From: a virus
Lineage: Duplodnaviria; Caudoviricetes
IMG/VR virus record: IMGVR_UViG_3300031519_003155
Coordinates: 1 to 25,299 of that record
Length of the DNA stretch: 25,299 nt
Reading direction: 5' to 3' (one strand)
Part shown: positions 15,670 to 23,831 of the stretch, piece after piece
How positions within the stretch are numbered: the first letter of the stretch is position 1
How the letters are laid out: each line of letters opens with the position of its first letter
The notes under the pieces: generated by a model
What the model was told of the DNA's origin: nothing
What the model saw: only the letters and a program-made list of their open reading frames with translations
Databases searched by the model: none
Position numbers and translations under genes: made by a program

Positions 15670-16601
15670 TTAAAATCACAATTTGCCATTATTTCAGTGA
15701 GACAAGCAGTAAGATTTATCTCTTGGTCAGCTACGAATGCGGCTTTATATTGATAATCTGCAATCAACAATACTACCTGAGGGACCTGTTTAACTTTATC
15801 CAATAATGTATCATATACCTTACGATACACTGCCTGAGGATCACTGTCTACATTGTTAGCAACCCATTGCCGCATCTTCTTCCAATCCTTGTCTTTAAGA
15901 GCATCTACGAGGGCTTTAGTGCTAATCTCAGCTAAGTTACTGAGTATTCCCTCATCTATTACACCGCCGGCGCTGTAACGTTGCATCTCATTCAGTACCC
16001 TGCGATAGTCAGGGAAATGTTTCATCAGCAATTCAGCCAGTACCTTTTCACTGTATTTAATATTCTCAGCCTCGAGAATCATAACCATACGTTTAAGGAA
16101 TCGACCTGCCATCTTCTGCTTTTGCCCGTTTTCTAATTTAAACTCAATTACAGTAGTCCGACTATGCAGGGGAGCAATAATACGATTCTTAAAGTTACAT
16201 GTAAAAATGAATCTACAGTTGCTAGAAAATTCCTCAATAAAAGCCCGCAATGCAGGTTGTGTTGAATTGGGATTGAGATAGTCTGCCTCATCTAAAATAA
16301 CAACCTTAGGCTTACCCTCAAAACTAACGGTACTCGCAAATGATTTAATCTTTGTACGCAATACATCAATGCCAGATTCCTCCGACCCATTAATTACAAT
16401 ATAATCACATCCCAATTCATTGCACAGGGCACGGGCTACAGTAGTCTTGCCCGTGCCCGCCGTCCCACATAGAAGCATGTTAGAGATTTGACCTGCCGCA
16501 ACAAACTCACTGAACACCTTGCGTTGCGCGTCAGGGAGAATACACTCATCTAATGTTTTAGGCCTATATCTTTCTGTCCACAAAAACTCTTTGTTATCCA
16601 C
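15666..16601 (-). CDS. gp44: Clamp loader AAA+ subunit (T4 gp44)
   Basis: WTERYRP, GTAGTGKTT, ILDEAD and HSRT (SRC-equivalent); GTG start with GAGGTG RBS. Confidence 0.97.
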   Translation of the reverse strand: MDNKEFLWTERYRPKTLDECILPDAQRKVFSEFVAAGQISNMLLCGTAGTGKTTVARALCNELGCDYIVINGSEESGIDVLRTKIKSFASTVSFEGKPKVVILDEADYLNPNSTQPALRAFIEEFSSNCRFIFTCNFKNRIIAPLHSRTTVIEFKLENGQKQKMAGRFLKRMVMILEAENIKYSEKVLAELLMKHFPDYRRVLNEMQRYSAGGVIDEGILSNLAEISTKALVDALKDKDWKKMRQWVANNVDSDPQAVYRKVYDTLLDKVKQVPQVVLLIADYQYKAAFVADQEINLTACLTEIMANCDFK

Positions 16602-16634
16602 ACTTCACCTCATAATAAAAATAATACAACTATT

Positions 16635-17228
16635 CTACGTCATTTTTGCTTTACTGTCAACACCATCTGTCAAGTTTAGGGTAAGTGCCCTGCCGCCCTC
16701 TGCAGGTATAGCTAAGTAATCTAAAATTGCCCATGGATTAGTTGCCTCATATGGGTCAAGGTCTGCATTATCTTCTTTACCCTGCTCAATAAAAGACTTC
16801 TCAATCCTCATATCATTTACAATTAAAGCATAACGCCATGAGCGAATACCGAAACCTAAATTATCTTTCTGTACATCCATATCCATAAAGGTGGTAAAGA
16901 TAGCCGAGCCATCGGGAATAACCTTTACATGTTTTAGTTCTAGATTCTTTGCCCATGCATTCATAACAAAAGTATCATTTACCGACATACAATAAATTTC
17001 ATCTATGCCATGTTGTTTAAACAAAGGAAACATTGCCTCAAAGTCAGGAACCTGTCGTTCCGTACAAGTAGGAGTAAATGCACCCGGTAGAGAAAACAGA
17101 ATGCACCGCTTACCAGCAAATAGTTTCTGTGTAGTTACATCATCCCAGACATAACCTTTATCTAACGCATCCCGAACCCGGGTTCTGAAAATTACATTGG
17201 GGATTCTAAACGGAGAATCAACAGCCAT
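16635..17228 (-). CDS. Peroxiredoxin (Prx5/type II family)
   Basis: FSLPGAFTPTC peroxidatic motif; SVNDTFVMNAW and GFGIRSWRY. Confidence 0.92.
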   Translation of the reverse strand: MAVDSPFRIPNVIFRTRVRDALDKGYVWDDVTTQKLFAGKRCILFSLPGAFTPTCTERQVPDFEAMFPLFKQHGIDEIYCMSVNDTFVMNAWAKNLELKHVKVIPDGSAIFTTFMDMDVQKDNLGFGIRSWRYALIVNDMRIEKSFIEQGKEDNADLDPYEATNPWAILDYLAIPAEGGRALTLNLTDGVDSKAKMT

Positions 17229-17238
17229 AAAAAGCTCC

Positions 17239-17898
17239 TTATATTACAGAGCTAGGTTCGAGGGCAAGCCAATACTGCAAATCGGTTGCATTATTTGACA
17301 AGTGCATGAACTTCTTCTTGGAGAGAGTTACGGCATAGTCACCTGAAATGACCTTGAAGTTTTCAATCGCCAAGCGACAATCAAACTCTTTATCCGATTC
17401 ACCAATTACATGCCTGAATGTATTACTCCGGGGGGTTGAAGGGTCACCGACGGACATGATAACTGTACCACCTTTAGCGACTACACTAAGCATGGGGGCG
17501 GCAGTTACAGAAGCTGCCTTCATAACCATTTGTACTTCGGCTGCCGTTAGGTCGAAGGTAAAATGCTGATCTACTTCAATACTCTTATCAGGTGCAGAAA
17601 CAATAATACTAGGGTCAGCGTAGAAGTATTCAAACTCCGTGCGGTCTTTACTAATAGTAATTGAGTCATCACCAAACTCTACATCAGTATCTTCCATAAG
17701 AGTGAGTAGGGCAAGTAGACTATTCAAATCGTAAATAGCAAACTCTTGGTCAAAGGTTTCCTTGACCGTTGTACGTGAGAAAATATTCTTACCCGTGCTA
17801 ATAGTGGCTAATGTACTGCCTTCACGGACAAGAATATTTGTGTTAATACTTGCGTAGTTCTTTAAAACGTCTAGTGTTTCTTTTGATATTTTCATCAT
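17239..17898 (-). CDS. gp45: Sliding clamp (T4 gp45)
   Basis: MKISKETLDVLKNYASIN...FAIYDLNSLL...YWLALE. Confidence 0.95.
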   Translation of the reverse strand: MMKISKETLDVLKNYASINTNILVREGSTLATISTGKNIFSRTTVKETFDQEFAIYDLNSLLALLTLMEDTDVEFGDDSITISKDRTEFEYFYADPSIIVSAPDKSIEVDQHFTFDLTAAEVQMVMKAASVTAAPMLSVVAKGGTVIMSVGDPSTPRSNTFRHVIGESDKEFDCRLAIENFKVISGDYAVTLSKKKFMHLSNNATDLQYWLALEPSSVI

Positions 17899-17933
17899 AT
17901 AAATCCTTCACGGTTATCATAAATTAAGTATGT

Positions 17934-17962
17934 ATTATACTACAACAATCTAGGTAAGTCAA
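17934..17962 (-). promoter_or_regulatory. Sigma70-type promoter for the gp45 operon, copy 5
   Basis: TTGACT (17962-17957), 17 bp, TATAAT (17939-17934). Confidence 0.88.
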
Positions 17963-17978
17963 TTTGTTTAGTGACCAA

Positions 17979-18311
17979 TTAGCCAGGATAATCTTCAGCC
18001 CAACCCCGCCACCAATGGGATGACATCGCAGTTTCAACATCACTCCATCCAGTGACAGCCTCTTCTGACGCTTTCCAGTCTGCGCGTGATTGCTCAGTAG
18101 GGAATGCAATAGTTAGCACTCGTTGCAACCCATTTTCCGATACATTGTTTTGCAACACAATATCTTCAAGGCCCTCTAACGCAGGGCTGTTAGCGAATGC
18201 ATCAAGTCTAGTACCAAAATTCAATTGAAAGTCAATAACGGCCTGGATGCTATCCCCTGGCCAAGCGTCAGATGCACTCGCTCGGTCAACTACAAGTTTA
18301 AAAGTAAACAT
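17979..18311 (-). CDS. Hypothetical acidic protein (110 aa), probably late-expressed
   Basis: GGAG-containing RBS; own TATAAATA promoter at 18343-18350. Confidence 0.7.
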   Translation of the reverse strand: MFTFKLVVDRASASDAWPGDSIQAVIDFQLNFGTRLDAFANSPALEGLEDIVLQNNVSENGLQRVLTIAFPTEQSRADWKASEEAVTGWSDVETAMSSHWWRGWAEDYPG

Positions 18312-18342
18312 TTCTCTCTCCAGTAAATTTTATATTTCTAAC

Positions 18343-18350
18343 TATTTATA
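18343..18350 (-). promoter_or_regulatory. T4-type late promoter
   Basis: Exact TATAAATA directly after the terminator U-tract. Confidence 0.75.
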
Positions 18351-18352
18351 AT

Positions 18353-18408
18353 AAAAAGGGGGCTAGGTCGCACTTGTGAGGAGAGATTGTATTTCCAACC
18401 TAGCCCCC
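18353..18408 (-). terminator. Large-loop intrinsic terminator of the cobS operon with an anti-RBS loop (possible cis-regulatory RNA or sRNA)
   Basis: 13-bp stem GGGGGCUAGGUUG / CGACCUAGCCCCC, 25-nt loop and UUUUU tail; the loop contains UCUCCUCACAAGU. Confidence 0.8.
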
Positions 18409-18415
18409 ATAAACT

Positions 18416-18763
18416 TTAACTAACTTTTTGTGCCTCACGCCTATCATGCTCGTACAATGCGAGAAATCCGTAGTGGATAATCTTGACAATATCTTTCCTG
18501 TGGTCTGAGGGTTGACCCTTCTTACCATATCGTCCATTGTACTTGTCAACATTGCCAAGAAAGAAACCAATACCATGACCACGATCAACGATTACCTCGC
18601 TCGACTGTAATCCACCCTGTCCATAATGACCACCATAAGTATGATCAATATACTTTGTGAACTCAGCAATCAGTTCGTCTTCTCTAAATTTATAATCTAT
18701 AGTCATCTCAGACTCATCCTTTGATCTCATCTTCGTCAGGCTCTCTTGGACAATAGTAGTCAT
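18416..18763 (-). CDS. DUF3310-like protein (family related to T7 gp1.7 nucleotide kinase)
   Basis: TYGGHY...GFFLGNVDKYNGRYGKKG...DIVKIIHY pattern; TAATG-coupled to cobS. Confidence 0.7.
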   Translation of the reverse strand: MTTIVQESLTKMRSKDESEMTIDYKFREDELIAEFTKYIDHTYGGHYGQGGLQSSEVIVDRGHGIGFFLGNVDKYNGRYGKKGQPSDHRKDIVKIIHYGFLALYEHDRREAQKVS

Positions 18764-19926
18764 TATGAATAGTCCTCATCAATGACGAGATTTGTATGTT
18801 CAACATTAACCTCTTCGGTTAAGTCTGCATCACCAGTAGTACCATCTACCTTATTGTAAAGCTCTAAGAAGGCGCCCCGTGTGTCAGTATCGAAACGATT
18901 AATACATAAGGTAATTGCCTTTACTCGGTCATTAAACATGGCATAAGCATTAACAATGTGTTCTAAGCGGCGCGTACTAACTAGTTCTTCGATAGCACCC
19001 TCATAGAAAGTCTTGCGGATAATATCCGCCCATGTAACAAGTTTATCAGCAAAGTCCTCATCGACCTTACCTACCTTATCCATCTTACCCATAATGATAC
19101 GTTTCTCAACTGCCATTGATGGGTATTCCTGCTCTACAGTAATTGCAAATCTTTCTAAAAATGCCTCATCTAAAATCTGTGCCGACATAAACTTGCCGTC
19201 ATCTGATCCGCGACCCTTTGTATTAGCCGTTGCGATAATGTTAAACCCTGGAGCAGGTGTAATAACTTCACCTGTCTTTTTATTGAAGTAGGGTTTACCC
19301 TCTAGGATAGCCTGTAAGCACATTAGCTTGTTAGAGCCACGATCGATCTCATCAAGGATGAGTACTGCGCCGCGTTTCATTGCAGTAAGGACAGGACCCT
19401 CACGGTAAACCACGTTACCATCAACTAGCGTATTACCGCCAATCAAATCATCCTCATCAGTCTCAATTGAAATATTGACTCGGATTGCCTCACGCTTTAA
19501 TTTCGCACAAGTCTGCTCAACCATAGTGGTCTTGCCATTACCTGACAGACCAGAAATAAATGTAGTGTAAAAAATACCAGACTTTAAGATCTGAGTAATA
19601 TCTTTACTGAAACCAAACGGAATGTAAGTGGGATCCTTTGCAGGGACTAAGTTGTCAACCTCAACAATCATCTTAGCCTGAGTAACCACTTTAGCCACCG
19701 GAGCAAGTACTGGTTCAGGTAACTTAATAGGTGCAGTCATTGGGATGACAACTCCCTGCATATCTATTGAATACTGATTGCGCCCAATTTTGTTCTCGTC
19801 AAAGAACCATTTAGGTGCCGACAGTCCAGCAGACTTGGCAATGTCTAAAATTTGAACTCTAGTAAAAACACCAGAGCCATTGTCAACCTGACTAAGCGCA
19901 TTTAAAAGCATATTTCTATCTGACAT
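18763..19926 (-). CDS. cobS: CobS/MoxR-like AAA+ ATPase (start revised to MSDRN)
   Basis: GLSGNGKT, LILDEID, ATANTKG, LDEAFLERF and STRRL; GAGGAG RBS before the ATG at 19926. Confidence 0.92.
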   Translation of the reverse strand: MSDRNMLLNALSQVDNGSGVFTRVQILDIAKSAGLSAPKWFFDENKIGRNQYSIDMQGVVIPMTAPIKLPEPVLAPVAKVVTQAKMIVEVDNLVPAKDPTYIPFGFSKDITQILKSGIFYTTFISGLSGNGKTTMVEQTCAKLKREAIRVNISIETDEDDLIGGNTLVDGNVVYREGPVLTAMKRGAVLILDEIDRGSNKLMCLQAILEGKPYFNKKTGEVITPAPGFNIIATANTKGRGSDDGKFMSAQILDEAFLERFAITVEQEYPSMAVEKRIIMGKMDKVGKVDEDFADKLVTWADIIRKTFYEGAIEELVSTRRLEHIVNAYAMFNDRVKAITLCINRFDTDTRGAFLELYNKVDGTTGDADLTEEVNVEHTNLVIDEDYS

Positions 19927-19977
19927 AATATATCTCCTCACAAGTAAATAATGTCTATTTTTTCATTCTATACAAGT

Positions 19978-20006
19978 ATTATACGTTATATTACCACCAA
20001 AGTCAA
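19978..20006 (-). promoter_or_regulatory. Sigma70-type promoter for cobS, copy 6
   Basis: TTGACT (20006-20001), 17 bp, TATAAT (19983-19978). Confidence 0.9.
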
Positions 20007-20055
20007 GCACTTTAACACCAAATAATGAAGTCTTTTCCTCAATGTTTTCAACAAC

Positions 20056-22245
20056 TTACGCTACCTTGTCGATAAATCTGTTCAAAAACACCTTTGAGGT
20101 GCTCTTTTTATTCTGATATTTGCGGAATCCTCGCAATAAATCACCTTTTGCCTGGGATTTTACCTCAAACTCGTTCTCGTCTACTGCTAAATTGTCACCA
20201 TCCTGTATTGCGTAAAATACATCAAACTGTTTAAAGTTCTCAATTTCAAAAAACTTGTTAGCAGTCCATTCCTTTTTGTACTTAGTATCAAAGTCTTCGG
20301 TTGATTCCGATACATACAAATAATTCTGTAAATCCCTTTTCTTAAAGTTTCCAATGTGAAAGTTGATAAGGTTAGTATCGACAGTTGCTTTAAGATGCTT
20401 TAGTAATCCACGAAACCAAAGGTCAGGGGATCTCGGCTGGAATGTAGGGTTCGTAATAACCACAGTACTGATTGAACCCTCAGTGATAACTAACTTTTCC
20501 ACATTACGTAGCGGCCCAGGAGAACCGACAATTGCCAAGTTACCTGTTGCATCACCATCAGTCAGAAATATGGTGTTCATAATTTCAACATTATGCTGTA
20601 ATCTAAATTCTTTGATCAAGTCACGCGCAACTAAAACACATTCTGCAAGGGGAGTCGCACCCATTTGCAAATGTCTAGGCAGTTGGCTACGCATTGCGTA
20701 AATACCATTATTATGGTTTTTGAAAGCCGCCGCAAATGTTAGCAACTTACGAAAAACTGTTTTATATTGGGTTGCACCGAGTGAAGATGAGATTAAGTGA
20801 AGCATCTGGAAATCATCATCTTTTATTACAATCTTACCATCTGTCAATCCATTGTTTAACATCCCAATTCCAATATCGTAATCTTCCTGATTTATTTGGC
20901 TGTTGCCTGAGTTGGTGAATGAATAAACATCAAACGGTATATTGACCTTCTTACAAAAACTAATTTGAATCAGCAATTGCTCAATGGTAGAAGCCATATT
21001 TTGATACATTGAACCCGAAAAGTCAACAAACATAAGCATACCGTGATTCTTGCCGTTCGGCACAACCGTATTTGAAAGGAACACATCTTCAGTTAACTTA
21101 GTAGCCCAAAGTTTATCAACATTCAACTTTCCAGTTTTATTTTGACGAGCCTTAGCAAACTCAGTCGCCGTGCGGCGCATCTCGAATTGCTGAACTAATG
21201 AATTAATATATGTAGTGTTTTTTCGATTGAAATCAGAATACATCCTATCAGCAACCTCGGTGGTTGCAAACTCGTCAGATGTGCCTGAGACTCTAAAGAC
21301 TCCTTCGAAGTCAGTATCCCAAGTATTTTTAATATCCAGTATAACTTTTTTGAGATTAATCTTTGGAAACGCACCATAGACAATATTACCGGCTTGTTCA
21401 TTTAACAACCTGCTCTCATTTGAACGAAAAGCCTCATCAGTGAATGATTTGGGTTCTTGCTTTTCATCGGAATCGGTTGAATTACTACCAGCATCATCAG
21501 TAGGTGTTGAATCCTGCTCTTCATCCTCATCCGAATCACCTGAACTGGATCCCTCAGATGCATCTTCTGATTCCTCAGTTTCACCATCATTGTCACCCTC
21601 AGACGGCGCCATATCATCTTCCTCACCTTCTGTCATATCATCAGGGTCATACTCAGATGATTGCAAGTCATCAAACATATCCTGCATTTCGGTTTCATCT
21701 TCTGAGTAAGCATAGAGGTCATTTGCAATCAACTCAACATCTTGCCAAGTCTTAGCGGCATCTATACGTGTAATATAATCTTGTTCTGCATCAGAAAAAG
21801 TAACACCGAGCATATTGCCAATCTTGTAGTGAAGATTGATTCGGTCGATTAAGGGGAGGGTAGCAACATCTTTATCCGCTACACCGAAGAAGTCTTCAGC
21901 AAACAGTTTTTGATAACCCTTGTAGAAATTTTTGACTAAGCCAGGAAACTTCTCCTTTATTTTGCGCTCAATACGTGCATCCTCAATAACATTAAGGAAT
22001 GACTTGAATCCCTGGCTTTTGTTAGTAACTTGATCGTGCCAGCCTTCTAATGGAGTAAACAATGCGTGACCAACCTCGTGACCAATAAGCAGGTCATATA
22101 GATCATTGTCCATTGACTTCCATATGGGTAATACAATCTTACGAGATTTCAAATCAAAATGGGCTGTAGGGACTTTTTGGTGCTCAACTGATATATTCTC
22201 AGCCGCAAGCAACTTAGCTAGAGTACTTTTCCCCGTAATATCCAT
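20056..22245 (-). CDS. Metallopeptidase-like plus VWA domain protein (CobT-like partner of CobS); start revised to MDITGK
   Basis: HEVGH (HExxH) and NVIEDARIE in the N-domain; long D/E/S-rich linker; MIDAS DFSGS...GATP...FLTDG; AAGGTG RBS. Confidence 0.88.
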   Translation of the reverse strand: MDITGKSTLAKLLAAENISVEHQKVPTAHFDLKSRKIVLPIWKSMDNDLYDLLIGHEVGHALFTPLEGWHDQVTNKSQGFKSFLNVIEDARIERKIKEKFPGLVKNFYKGYQKLFAEDFFGVADKDVATLPLIDRINLHYKIGNMLGVTFSDAEQDYITRIDAAKTWQDVELIANDLYAYSEDETEMQDMFDDLQSSEYDPDDMTEGEEDDMAPSEGDNDGETEESEDASEGSSSGDSDEDEEQDSTPTDDAGSNSTDSDEKQEPKSFTDEAFRSNESRLLNEQAGNIVYGAFPKINLKKVILDIKNTWDTDFEGVFRVSGTSDEFATTEVADRMYSDFNRKNTTYINSLVQQFEMRRTATEFAKARQNKTGKLNVDKLWATKLTEDVFLSNTVVPNGKNHGMLMFVDFSGSMYQNMASTIEQLLIQISFCKKVNIPFDVYSFTNSGNSQINQEDYDIGIGMLNNGLTDGKIVIKDDDFQMLHLISSSLGATQYKTVFRKLLTFAAAFKNHNNGIYAMRSQLPRHLQMGATPLAECVLVARDLIKEFRLQHNVEIMNTIFLTDGDATGNLAIVGSPGPLRNVEKLVITEGSISTVVITNPTFQPRSPDLWFRGLLKHLKATVDTNLINFHIGNFKKRDLQNYLYVSESTEDFDTKYKKEWTANKFFEIENFKQFDVFYAIQDGDNLAVDENEFEVKSQAKGDLLRGFRKYQNKKSTSKVFLNRFIDKVA

Positions 22246-22278
22246 GCATTTCACCTTGTTTTTTCAGTTTATACATGT

Positions 22279-22307
22279 ATTATACGCTCTAGCCAAGTCA
22301 AAGTCAA
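22279..22307 (-). promoter_or_regulatory. Sigma70-type promoter for the peptidase-VWA gene, copy 7
   Basis: TTGACT (22307-22302), 17 bp, TATAAT (22284-22279). Confidence 0.9.
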
Positions 22308-22310
22308 GCA

Positions 22311-22919
22311 CTATTTCGCTTTATTTGGGCTCTTTTTGCGTTTTTTCGGTGATATAGGTGCTTGATTTACTTCCTCTTTTTTATTTTTAAGCCTCTCTAA
22401 GACCTCATCTGCCTCCATCCAGTGATCTCGACCGTCTAAAATCGCCAAAATCTCCACTTCTGTGAGGAATCCATCGTATATTTGACGTACCAAATTTGCA
22501 CCCCAAGATGCTTCTAATTTGACTTGAGCTTGCATCTCACTTGATTTACCATATGAGAATGAGGAAAAGGTATGAAACATAAACATGGAGTGATCTGAGA
22601 TCTCACATTGGTCACCACACAAGAACAACATAGTAGCCGCAGATGCAACTAACCCCTCAGCAGATGAAATAACTTTTGCTTCAGATTCGTTTAGGGCTCG
22701 CATAAGTTGAATTGTCGTCATTACATCACCACCCTCAGAATTGAGGTGCAAATAAATCACATCCATTGGACCCGCTGACCGTATAGTCTGAATCCATTCA
22801 GAATAGTCTTGTGGTTGCCCTATTTCACCTGATACATAAAAATGATGTATATAGCCTAGAGGTTGTTGTATGTAACCCGAAGACATAGTTGTTACTTCTT
22901 CATTATTAGAGTTGCTCAT
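22311..22919 (-). CDS. clpP: ClpP-like serine protease (peptidase S14)
   Basis: LNSEGGDV, VASAAT (Ser), FMFH (His) and RDHWM (Asp) triad pattern. Confidence 0.85.
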   Translation of the reverse strand: MSNSNNEEVTTMSSGYIQQPLGYIHHFYVSGEIGQPQDYSEWIQTIRSAGPMDVIYLHLNSEGGDVMTTIQLMRALNESEAKVISSAEGLVASAATMLFLCGDQCEISDHSMFMFHTFSSFSYGKSSEMQAQVKLEASWGANLVRQIYDGFLTEVEILAILDGRDHWMEADEVLERLKNKKEEVNQAPISPKKRKKSPNKAK

Positions 22920-23268
22920 AATATCTGGTAACCGCCTTTATTTTTTCAATTTGTTTATCAATTATGGCTGTTCTATTAGGCCAATGTATCATTTCTTTTT
23001 CGGGGTTTTTCTTCAAGTTTAACAATAGTGGTAATATTAAGTCTTCTACATCTCGTAGTTTAGTTGCAACATCAGATTCAACCAATGTTCGGTGTTCGTT
23101 AATGACCCCACTATTATCAGCAGACAAGATTCTATTTTCAATCTCGTACAACTTTTTCATTATCTCATCTTTAAAATCATCATTCACCTCTGCCTGTTGT
23201 TGAGTGTTTGCCGGTTCCATATCATCATTGTCAACTATCGTAAAACCGAAATCAAAATCGTCTGTCAT
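22906..23268 (-). CDS. Hypothetical phage protein (120 aa)
   Basis: DFDFGF N-terminus and PLLLNLKKNPEKEMIHWPNR motif; coupled to def and overlapping clpP. Confidence 0.75.
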   Translation of the reverse strand: MTDDFDFGFTIVDNDDMEPANTQQQAEVNDDFKDEIMKKLYEIENRILSADNSGVINEHRTLVESDVATKLRDVEDLILPLLLNLKKNPEKEMIHWPNRTAIIDKQIEKIKAVTRYYEQL

Positions 23269-23813
23269 TAGATTACTCCATGCCGCTGTTGATGGCGAAC
23301 TTTTTTCTTTATTGATTTAACAGCTCGGTCTAATTTTAACTTTGATACGCGCTGTGTGAAATTCTGCCCTATCATGTGGTCATACTCATGTAAGAATACC
23401 CTAGCTGAAATACCGGTAAACGTTTCTGTTACGTTATCACCCGTCACATCCTGATAACTAGCAGTGACTGAGGTTGGGCGCCGTACTACCAGTGATACTC
23501 CAGGCAAACTTAAACACCCTTCTTTAAGTGCCTCAGTTTCCATACCGACATCAATAACTTCTGGATTGATAACATACCGGACAAGTCCCTTCGTAGCCTT
23601 GCCGGGGCTGTGTGTGTTGTCACCAAATACAAATACTCGCATATCAAGTCCTACTTGATTCGCAGATAGCCCTATACCACCAAGTGACTTCTGTTTTGCA
23701 AATAATGCATCACACACTTCTTTGGCATCATGCTCAGTTGCATCGAAAAACTTAGGTGGACGTTGCAACAATTCATCACCAAAATCCAACAGGTCTAATT
23801 TTTTTAAATCCAT
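23268..23813 (-). CDS. def: Peptide deformylase
   Basis: GIGLSANQ, EGCLS and HEYDH motifs; GGAG RBS. Confidence 0.96.
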   Translation of the reverse strand: MDLKKLDLLDFGDELLQRPPKFFDATEHDAKEVCDALFAKQKSLGGIGLSANQVGLDMRVFVFGDNTHSPGKATKGLVRYVINPEVIDVGMETEALKEGCLSLPGVSLVVRRPTSVTASYQDVTGDNVTETFTGISARVFLHEYDHMIGQNFTQRVSKLKLDRAVKSIKKKVRHQQRHGVI

Positions 23814-23831
23814 AATATAACTCCAATATAA

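Noticed and set aside
18763-19926. cobS as evidence of phage cobalamin biosynthesis
   Set aside because: No cobN or other cob genes are in the window; a MoxR/VWA chaperone role fits better.
5369-21626. Nested minus-strand alternative-frame ORFs (5369-5581, 17924-18109, 18400-18588, 21195-21401, 21402-21626)
   Set aside because: They lie wholly or mostly inside larger genes and have no motifs; those in the acidic linker arise from low-complexity codon usage.
21440-21720. tca/tcc-rich low-complexity tract as a tandem repeat or insertion
   Set aside because: It is the in-frame D/E/S-rich linker of the peptidase-VWA protein and has no discrete repeat unit.
123-23658. All plus-strand ORFs in the track (e.g. 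123-398, 3047-3367, 4003-4362, 7647-8120, 20363-20701)
   Set aside because: They are antisense shadows of well-supported minus-strand genes, often Ser/Ile-rich, with no recognisable motifs.
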